This document shows, piece after piece, positions 6,407 to 13,112 of a stretch of 13,112 nucleotides of DNA. The number at the start of each line of letters is the position of its first letter. The stretch's first letter is position 1. The notes below the pieces were generated by a model that made no database searches, was not told the DNA's origin, and saw nothing but the letters and a program-made list of their open reading frames with translations. The position numbers and the translations under genes were made by a program. The stretch comes from a bacterium. GTDB lineage: Bacteria; Babelota; Babeliae; Babelales; RVW-14. Location of the stretch: assembly GCA_043822925.1 (NCBI GenBank), contig JBDRBF010000066.1, positions 1 to 13,112 of the forward strand. Reading direction: 5' to 3'.

Positions 6407-8485
6407 TTATTTTAGGCCTTCTGTTTTTTTATCAAAAATATACTGGTCAACAACTTCTTCAAGTATAACAAGTGGCGTTGCACCAATCTCCAGGACAACG
6501 TTATGGAATTCTCGAATATCAAATTTTGTACCCAAAGCATCTTTGGCCCGTTGTCTCAGTTCAAGAATTTTTAGTTGGCCAATTTTGTAAGAACATGCTT
6601 GTCCAGGGGATACAAAATATCGTTCTATTTCTGAAACGACGGTTGTTTTTGGCATCCCGGTATTTTTTCCCATATAATCAATAGCTTCTTCGAGCGACCA
6701 TCTCTTTTTATGGATACCGGTGTCAACAACTAAGCGAACTGCACGTACAAGTTCCCATTGCAAGTGGCCCAGGCGTGTAAAGCATGATGAATAGAAGTTT
6801 TGTTCATAGGCAAGTTTTTCTGCATACAGAGCCCATCCTTCAGTATATGCATTATCGCCATTAAGTTGTCGCATGATCGGCAGGGTTGATTCTTGTTGAA
6901 GGGATATTTGAAAATGATGTCCAGGTTCTGCTTCATGGACCGTGAGCGTTTCCATCTCGAACTTTGGATTTTCGTGTGAGCTGCGTAGATTGACAAAGAA
7001 GACTCCAGGACGAGAGCCATCAATATTTTGCCGGCGATAAAAAGCTGGAGCAGCTCCTTCTTCTTCGTGCTGAGGGACCGCTTGAATTTTTACGGGTGAT
7101 TGTGGTTTAAGGTAAAACAGTGGATATAATTCTTTTCTGCTTCGTTCTAAAATAGTTCCGAAATCTGTTAAGCATTGTTGGCGGCCTTCTTCTGTTTCAG
7201 GATAAAAAAATTGGGGATTTTTTGAGAGTTCTTGCATTTGCAAAGCCACTGTTTTTTCTTTATCTTCTAAGCCTGCTTGTACAAAAATTGTTCGCATTTC
7301 TTCTTGGATTCTATGAACTTCTTGTAAGCCCAAGTTATGAATTTGATCAGCAGAAAGATTGGTTGATGTCTGATGTTTAAGCAAAAAAGCATAATACTCG
7401 TCGCCATCTGGTAAAGCCCATACGCCGTTATTTGCAGTAGTCTGGCTGAGCATGTTTTTTAGATAATCTTGTAATTTTTGATACGCCGGATACACAAGTG
7501 TTTGGATGATGTTTGTTGCTTTTGCGAGCACTTCTTCTTTATTTGTTATTCCTATAGTTTCTATATTTTTAGCTAGGTGCGAGTAAAAAATATTTTCTTC
7601 GATTGTCCGAGGTGTTATTTTTTGCATCATGCTTATAATTTTTGAGAGCGTAAATGCTGGTGGAATAACGCCCAGATTTTTTTGATGCTCGAGTAACGTA
7701 ATTGTCTGTTCGAATTGTTCAGGGATCTTGCTCAGCCGAGTAACGTACAGCTCGACATCTTCTGGTGTTTTGAGTGGGTGAATCTGGGTGAATAGATTGG
7801 TTATATCAAAGATTATTCCGTAGTTGTGGCTGATTTGGTAATTATGAAATAAGAACTTTTCGTTATTAACTGACAGTTTAAATTTCCAGAGAAAGATTTT
7901 ATAGGATATTTTTTGCTCTGGAGATGCGTTATCAAGAGAACAATTTTGTAAGAGTTTTAGATTTTGTTTTGTTTCTTCAAGATCAGCAATTATAGCATCA
8001 GGCGAAACATCATTGAGATAGGCATTGTGGTCGTAGATGCCGATGGATTCAAAAAGACCGCGGTAAGTCAGAGCTTCTGGATTTCTATACATTTTTGATA
8101 AAAAAAGCGTGTCAAAGACGTTGTCTATATTGTCATCCCGTCCTGCGCTCTCCCTGGCCTGCCCTGCTATAGCCGTGTCTTTATTATCATCCCAGAAACG
8201 CTCACCCTGAGCCGCGCTCATGCTGAGCCCTGAGTTTGCCGAAGGGTCGAAGCATCGAAAGGGATCTGGGATCCAGTCCTTTATCTGTGCGACGGTCTTG
8301 AGCGCAGCAGCTTTATCTTTGTGAGCTGCCTGCAAAAGTGCTTGCCAGTAAAGATGGGCGTTGGGCTTGTCCTCAAATAGTTTACCGGTATTTGTTGGGA
8401 TTTTTTGGTCAGCATTGAGCATGTTTATAGTGCTTGCGAGTATCAAGATGGCACATGTGCTGAGTAATTTCCTGAAATAAGCCAT
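6407..8485 (-). CDS. DUF885-family exported protein with HExxPGHH metal-binding motif
   Basis: Motifs GVWALPDGDEYY, APAFY..DGSRPGVF, HEAEPGHHFQ, AYTEGWALYAE, RAVRLVVDTGIH, EIERY..PGQACSYKIG and FDIREFH. Likely start is ATG 8485 (RBS AAGGGA, signal peptide MAYFRKLLSTCAILILASTINMLNA); the ORF track extends it to 8560. Confidence 0.9.
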   Translation of the reverse strand: MAYFRKLLSTCAILILASTINMLNADQKIPTNTGKLFEDKPNAHLYWQALLQAAHKDKAAALKTVAQIKDWIPDPFRCFDPSANSGLSMSAAQGERFWDDNKDTAIAGQARESAGRDDNIDNVFDTLFLSKMYRNPEALTYRGLFESIGIYDHNAYLNDVSPDAIIADLEETKQNLKLLQNCSLDNASPEQKISYKIFLWKFKLSVNNEKFLFHNYQISHNYGIIFDITNLFTQIHPLKTPEDVELYVTRLSKIPEQFEQTITLLEHQKNLGVIPPAFTLSKIISMMQKITPRTIEENIFYSHLAKNIETIGITNKEEVLAKATNIIQTLVYPAYQKLQDYLKNMLSQTTANNGVWALPDGDEYYAFLLKHQTSTNLSADQIHNLGLQEVHRIQEEMRTIFVQAGLEDKEKTVALQMQELSKNPQFFYPETEEGRQQCLTDFGTILERSRKELYPLFYLKPQSPVKIQAVPQHEEEGAAPAFYRRQNIDGSRPGVFFVNLRSSHENPKFEMETLTVHEAEPGHHFQISLQQESTLPIMRQLNGDNAYTEGWALYAEKLAYEQNFYSSCFTRLGHLQWELVRAVRLVVDTGIHKKRWSLEEAIDYMGKNTGMPKTTVVSEIERYFVSPGQACSYKIGQLKILELRQRAKDALGTKFDIREFHNVVLEIGATPLVILEEVVDQYIFDKKTEGLK
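8131..8276. repeat. Nested palindromic REP/RPE-like repeat cluster inserted in-frame in the DUF885 gene
   Basis: GC is about 58% (87/150 counted over 8131-8280) in an AT-rich gene. The outer inverted repeat ATCCCAGA (8189-8196) / TCTGGGAT (8265-8272) encloses three nested NNNT-GAG...YCGA-ANNN units. A second TGTCATCCCG begins at 8131. Confidence 0.8.
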
Positions 8486-8846
8486 ACTATCCCTTTTCGA
8501 AAAATATATAAAAAATAAAAATATTCTTATAGGGATACTATAGTTATTTAGAGTTTTCAATCTTTTTATCGTTTAATTCTTTTATATGGTAATTATTTGT
8601 CTCAGCAGGCGTTTTTATGAGGCACCCCGTTTGATAAAGGGGCCTAAATAGGCCAAACTGGGTATAGGTATGTGAGCGCTTTACGCTGACCACGGGTAAG
8701 TCTTCTTTGGTTGTTACCGAGCTGGGGGATAGATTAGACGTTGTTGTGTAAGTTTTGCTTTAATTTATTACTTGTTTTTCGTGTTTTTTGCCATACAAAG
8801 GCGATGACTTGTGGCCCGAAGGCGTTTATATCATGATTATACTGGT

Positions 8847-9662
8847 TTATTTGTCATCACACAGCGAAATGAGTTTGGTAAGCACGCTTATTTCTTCTTT
8901 ATAACTGATAAGCTCTTCGGACTGTTTTTTTGGCGTGCAAATTTGGCATAAACTTGTCTGTAACTTGTCTATTTTTCCCGACTTTATGATGATATTTTCA
9001 AACTCGCTGCAGCGTTTAAAAAATTGTGCAGTTTCTTTTTCGTTGCTTAGATCTTGTACTGTTTCATAGTCGATGTAAAGTTCCCTGGTACAGGCTTTTT
9101 CTTGTATTGTTTTATGATTGATCGTGCAAAATTGATAATATCTAAGTGCATGTAAAATGGTTGGTTTTTTGATGGTGAATTTTGCCAGCCCTTGCTTTTT
9201 ATCTGATATGGTAATGTCCAGGTCGTAGGCTAGCGGGGCGTCCAGCCAGTGGAATTCGTTCATAAGTTTTTTGAAAAATGAGTTCGATACGCAGTGTTTG
9301 AGTGCGAAATAAAAAACAATGTTCCGTTTTTCTTCCAGTGCAAGATCTTTGCAGGCTACTTGTACAGCTTCTAAATCTTCGTCCAGAATACCGAATGCAA
9401 GTTTGAGCTCTATATCCTGTTTTTCTTTTTTGATTCGATTATTTTTTTGCATCAGTTCTTCTTGAAGGTCTTTTTGAGCTACTTCCTGAGCGGCTTGTAT
9501 TATGCTCTCCCAATTAGGTGTCTGTGCGCGTACTTTTTTGATTCTTTCTTGGTATCCAGGCTTGTGTGTATTTTTCATGCCGTGTACCAGAATATTGTTG
9601 AGTAAAAGTAGTGAAAGAAGAGAGAGAAAAGAGTTTCTGCGAATGTGTTTGAATTTTTTCAT
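8847..9662 (-). CDS. Hypothetical secreted protein
   Basis: 271 aa; RBS GGAAGGA; signal-like N-terminus MKKFKHIRRNSFLSLLSLLLLNNILVHG followed by MK; charged helical region; no recognisable domain. Confidence 0.7.
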   Translation of the reverse strand: MKKFKHIRRNSFLSLLSLLLLNNILVHGMKNTHKPGYQERIKKVRAQTPNWESIIQAAQEVAQKDLQEELMQKNNRIKKEKQDIELKLAFGILDEDLEAVQVACKDLALEEKRNIVFYFALKHCVSNSFFKKLMNEFHWLDAPLAYDLDITISDKKQGLAKFTIKKPTILHALRYYQFCTINHKTIQEKACTRELYIDYETVQDLSNEKETAQFFKRCSEFENIIIKSGKIDKLQTSLCQICTPKKQSEELISYKEEISVLTKLISLCDDK

Positions 9663-9980
9663 GGTGATCCTTCCCCGTTAAGTACCACTCAGAATTATGT
9701 TAGTTCACTGTACCTAATGAGGGGCGTTATTTGCAAGCGTATAGAAAAGTTTGAGGTGCGGTCAAAAAATAATTGGGGGTTCTTTCTACGCTCTGCAATT
9801 TATTGTTTTTCTTTGAGCATATTTGTTTTTTTACTTCTAATTAGTCCAAGTTGCTTTAACGCTTCCGGACAGTCTATTAAAAGCTGGTCAATAAAGTTGT
9901 CTACGCATTTATGTGCGAGGTTGACGATACTATTTACTTGGTTTTGCAGGACAGTTTCAAAGCTGCCCGAGGCCACGAAA

Positions 9981-10030
9981 TTAAAATGAATAAAGCCCTT
10001 GTTCTTGCCTATTGGCAAGAACAAGGGCTT
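9981..10030 (-). terminator. Perfect 17-bp hairpin with a minus-strand T-rich tail; putative intrinsic terminator for the deaminase gene
   Basis: AAGCCCTTGTTCTTGCC (9993-10009), loop TATT, GGCAAGAACAAGGGCTT (10014-10030). On the minus strand the GC stem is followed by TTTATTCATTTT. Confidence 0.5.
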
Positions 10031-10144
10031 GTAAGTTTAGTTCCAAGATATGATGAATTCCATGGAGTTTTATGAACCGCCGTATACCGAACGGTACGTA
10101 CGGTGGTGTGGGAGGAGGAAGCTAGACGCTTCCTCCTCCACGAT
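9986..10144 (+). mobile_element. 5'-truncated group IIC intron remnant (IEP C-terminal tail + domain V + domain VI)
   Basis: 9986-10075 encodes MNKALVLAYWQEQGLVSLVPRYDEFHGVL*, resembling class C IEP tails (AL...YW..QGL.SL..RY), with the stop abutting D5. D5 is 32 nt, ACCGCCGTATACCGAACGGTACGTACGGTGGT (10076-10107), with CGC triad and GAAC loop. D6 hairpin at 10111-10139. The element ends ...CGAT at 10144. Confidence 0.92.
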
Positions 10145-10154
10145 ATTTTGTTTA

Positions 10155-11357
10155 TTAAATATATGTAGGGTGGATCCAAGAAACAAATCGTGGACTGCCC
10201 GATCTGAGCTGGTGGCGGCCAAATATTTGTGTGCGCAATTTGGTGAATTTGTCTTTAAACTTTTGTGTTAGTTCTTTCTTTTCTTTGTCTGGTAATAAAC
10301 TGGCAGTAATTCCGTTTAAACTTATTTTTTTAAGATCTTCTATCGTAAAGCGATAGGTATCGATCAAGAGATCATATTCGTGATTAAGATCGATGCCAAA
10401 TATTCCTGGGTCATCAGTGTTGATGTTAATGCACAGGCCAGCATCCCACAGATATCTTATAGGGTGTTGTTTATAGTTGGGGTATACACCTAATCTTACG
10501 TTGCTGGTGACACATATGTCTAGTGGGGTTTGTTGCTCGGCGAGTTTTTGTACAAGTTTTGCGTCTTCGATGCACCGTACCCCGTGATCTAGGCGTGGCG
10601 CGTTGCAATAATTAAGAGAGTTCCAGATACTTACAGGGCCCTGAAATTCTCCTGCGTGGGGAATTATTGGTAGGTTTGCTTTGTGTGCTTTATCAAAGAT
10701 AGTCTGGAATTCAGGTGCTTGTTTAGTAATGAGCGTTTCACTCAGTCCCATTGCGACTAGTCCGTAATTTTCTTTGCGCGCTTTAAGTAAAATATCGACG
10801 AATTCTTCTGGTTGGAAAAATTTAGTGCGGGTTAAATCAAATATCCAGTTCCAGGAGATATTAAATTCTTTTTGTGCGCGTTCTCTTCCTATATTAATAG
10901 CTTTGACGATTGTTTGCCAATCCAGGCCGGAAGCCATACAGTTGCTGCTGAGTGAAAAAATAACTTCTGAGTAACAAATATTATTGCGTGCAGATTCTTT
11001 GCCATATTCATATGCAATTTGTGTGAAATCTTTTGGGGTTTTAAGCACCCCCATAATTTGTTTAAAGAATGTGACGAAATCTTCAAAAGATGAAAACTTG
11101 GTCTGTTTATAAAATTGTTTTTTGTTTTTATACGGCATTTTGATATGGTTTCTTTTGGCTATTTCTATGATTGTGTCTGGGGCGACAGAGCCTTCTAGGT
11201 GGACGTGAAGCTGGGTCTTTGGCATTTGGTGCGCAAATTCATGCAACTTTTTTTGCAGCTCTGTGCTGTGTGCGAGTAGGGCGCCTGAAAAAGCAACGAT
11301 AAATGTTATTAGAGCTAAGCATGTGTAGCGTGTGAAAAAACTTTTTTTTCTGATCAT
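10155..11357 (-). CDS. add: Adenosine/adenine deaminase family protein with N-terminal signal peptide
   Basis: Motifs PKTQLHVHLEGS, IPHAGE, RLDHG and INTDDP are all intact; RBS AGGA; signal-like MIRKKSFFTRYTCLALITFIVAFSGALLA. Substrate specificity cannot be determined from motifs. Confidence 0.9.
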   Translation of the reverse strand: MIRKKSFFTRYTCLALITFIVAFSGALLAHSTELQKKLHEFAHQMPKTQLHVHLEGSVAPDTIIEIAKRNHIKMPYKNKKQFYKQTKFSSFEDFVTFFKQIMGVLKTPKDFTQIAYEYGKESARNNICYSEVIFSLSSNCMASGLDWQTIVKAINIGRERAQKEFNISWNWIFDLTRTKFFQPEEFVDILLKARKENYGLVAMGLSETLITKQAPEFQTIFDKAHKANLPIIPHAGEFQGPVSIWNSLNYCNAPRLDHGVRCIEDAKLVQKLAEQQTPLDICVTSNVRLGVYPNYKQHPIRYLWDAGLCININTDDPGIFGIDLNHEYDLLIDTYRFTIEDLKKISLNGITASLLPDKEKKELTQKFKDKFTKLRTQIFGRHQLRSGSPRFVSWIHPTYI

Positions 11358-11500
11358 GTCCTGTTCCCCCTATAAATTGGCCCGTTTTATTTGCGATTTT
11401 GTGTGTTTTGTTTTATTTATTGTCCCATATTTTATGTTGAGAAGTATAGATTTTAGGGTAAATAGCTTGGGCTCTTAGTCCGTGTTATTTTATCTTGGCC

Positions 11501-11530
11501 TTGACGGTACTGTAAGATAATTGCTATTTT
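11501..11530 (+). promoter_or_regulatory. Putative sigma70 promoter for the glycosyltransferase
   Basis: TTGACG (11501-11506), 18-nt spacer, TATTTT (11525-11530) preceded by TGn; RBS TAGGAG at 11561-11566 before GTG 11575. Confidence 0.35.
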
Positions 11531-11574
11531 GACACCCAATTAAGATTAGTTTGGTTGTTTTAGGAGAATAATAC

Positions 11575-12827
11575 GTGAAAAAATTAATGGGTCTTGGTTC
11601 TTGTTTTGCGGTACTGTTTTGTTTTGTTACGGCTTTTGGCTCTATTTTTGCTGCTGGTTCTGCTGTTCATGCAACTAAGGCACCCCGCAAGATTGCAGTT
11701 CTCACCAGTAAAGGAGGTAATGGCCATATGGCTGCCTGTGCAGTTTTAAAAGATATTTTTCCTAATTCAAAAATAACGCTTTTTAATCCAATATACGATG
11801 AATTTCATAATGTATTTGATGGTGAAGATTTGTATGTGAAACTTTTCCAAAATGGTTGGATAAGAACGTTAAATATTGTTGCAGGGTATGTTGGGCCGAC
11901 GTATTTTAAAATGAACAGTAGATCGATTAAAAAAAGTATTGTGAAGTATCTTGAGCAAGAAAAGCCAGATATCTTGATTTCGGTCATCCCATTACTTAAT
12001 TTTCCTGCGTATGAGGCTGCCCAGCAGTGCAAGACACCATTTATGAATATTACGTTAGATGCTGACCTTACACTTTGGTTGCTTGATATGGAACGTTGCA
12101 AAACGCATAATTTTGTTATTACGGTTCAAGCTAAAACGCCACTTATTAAAAAACAGTTGGCGCGGCATAAAGTTCCGGCATCTTGTGTGCGTGAAGTTGG
12201 ATGCTCTTTGCGTAAAGATTTTTTTGAGAAAAAAGATATTCAGGCCATTAAAAAAGAATGGAATATTCCAACAGGAAAAAAAGTTATTTTGCTGATGCGT
12301 GGTGGTACGGGTTCTACGAAGTTAGTTGACTATGTAGAAGCAATTAGCGAGCTTGATAAGCCATTACATTTATTAGTTTGCATTGGAAAGAATACAAAAC
12401 TTATAAAAGAGCTTGAAGAAGTCAGGAAAGAGCTGCAGCATAATAAAAAGAACAAAAAAATATTACGTTTACGATTGTTCCATTTACTAAAAAAATACCA
12501 GATCTTATGGCTATTTCAGATGTGCTTGTTGCACAATCAAGTCCTAATACGTGTAACGAAGCGATTCATATGAATCTTCCTATACTTATAGATAGAACGA
12601 GTCCTACGGTTTTTTGGGAAAAAGCGACTATTGATTGGGTTAATATGTTTGGATATGGAAAAATATTCAAGAGCATGAGAGCTCTTAAGAAGTTAGTTAT
12701 CGACTCTCTTGATAAGAAACAAGAGCTTGTCGTCCAGAAGTCAAAGCAAAATATAGCGTTTAATGCGAATATTTATGGGATTGTTGATTCGCTTATTACT
12801 GCCAATAAGCTCAAGCATTCAAAGTAG
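11575..12827 (+). pseudogene. MGDG-synthase/UgtP-like GT28 glycosyltransferase split by a frameshift at an A7 run (real lesion or sequencing error)
   Basis: The first frame has GGNGHMAA, PDILISVIP, GGTGS and VCIGKN. Adding one A to the run at 12454-12460 gives ..NKKNITFTIVPFTKKIPDLMAISDVLV..EAIHMNLP, joining ORF 12507-12827 into one 417-aa protein. Confidence 0.85.
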
Positions 12828-12848
12828 GTTATTGGGTTTTATGAATTT

Positions 12849-12880
12849 AAAAGAGAGCTCAACATGAGCTCTCTTTTTTT
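12849..12880. terminator. Bidirectional Rho-independent terminator
   Basis: AAAAGAGAGCTC-AACAT-GAGCTCTCTTTTTTT lies between convergent stops at 12827 (+) and 12886 (-). Confidence 0.85.
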
Positions 12881-12885
12881 AAGTA

Positions 12886-13112
12886 TTATTTAGGAGCTAT
12901 TTTTGCTTGTAGCGCTGCTTGATAACGTCTTTTGGCAATGCCTGATAAGCTTTCTTCTATATCAGTAAAAAACACGTTAAATTCTGAACTCATAAGAGTA
13001 AGATTTTCTATTGTTTGAACTTCTCCATCAAAAAAAGTTTTTGTTGATGTGCTTTGGGGGGTATTAAAGAGCCGCTCAAGCATTGAGTTTTCGCCTAAGC
13101 TCTCTTTAATTA
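12886..13112 (-). CDS. Hypothetical protein, C-terminal part (starts beyond the right edge)
   Basis: The frame stays open to the window edge (..IKESLGENSMLERLF..AKIAPK*) and ends next to the terminator. Confidence 0.65.
   Translation of the reverse strand, partial: IKESLGENSMLERLFNTPQSTSTKTFFDGEVQTIENLTLMSSEFNVFFTDIEESLSGIAKRRYQAALQAKIAPK

Noticed and set aside
8199-8263. Repeated CGCTCA / CCCTGAG / CGAAG words as a mini-CRISPR
   Set aside because: The units are nested rather than regularly spaced, lie inside a CDS, and no cas genes are present.
8600-8644. TPP-riboswitch-like words (GGGGTGC...GCTGAGA on the minus strand) upstream of DUF885
   Set aside because: The downstream ACCC, ACCTGA and GCGTAGGGA elements are absent. 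An Infernal search with the Rfam TPP model would settle it.
9756-9917. GTGCG at 9756 and 9913 as possible intron 5' ends
   Set aside because: Neither is followed by IIC-like domain I sequence, and there is too little room for D1-D3; these are probably chance 5-mers.
997-12295. Short overlapping ORFs at 997, 1995, 2758, 3738, 4696, 6472, 6730, 9645, 10050, 10774, 10889, 11805 and 12059
   Set aside because: Most are shadow frames within well-supported genes and have no motifs. ORF 10050 (EPPYTERYVRWC) is simply a translation of intron D5, and ORF 9645 has no supporting features.

Overview
AT-rich bacterial window that reads in standard code 11. It is dominated by signal-peptide-bearing proteins, eukaryote-like domains and decaying genes. 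That profile suggests a host-associated bacterium such as Babelota/Dependentiae (TM6), but this is inference only. Left to right: a phage/plasmid-type Toprim primase-like gene running off the left edge (absent from the ORF track); an exported protein ending in RBR-type E3 ligase RING1 and RING2/Rcat domains with no IBR; a Pol-beta-family nucleotidyltransferase; two divergent membrane-anchored FkbM methyltransferases; three broken genes (rhodanese, mobile mystery protein A, ankyrin); a DUF885 gene with an in-frame nest of palindromic repeats; a secreted hypothetical protein; the 3' remnant of a group IIC intron with two perfect hairpins; a signal-peptide-bearing adenosine/adenine deaminase; a frameshifted MGDG-synthase-like glycosyltransferase; a bidirectional terminator; and a partial hypothetical gene. 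The strongest leads are the IBR-less RBR ligase, the nested frame-preserving repeats, and the intron remnant. All family calls come from motif recognition, not database searches.
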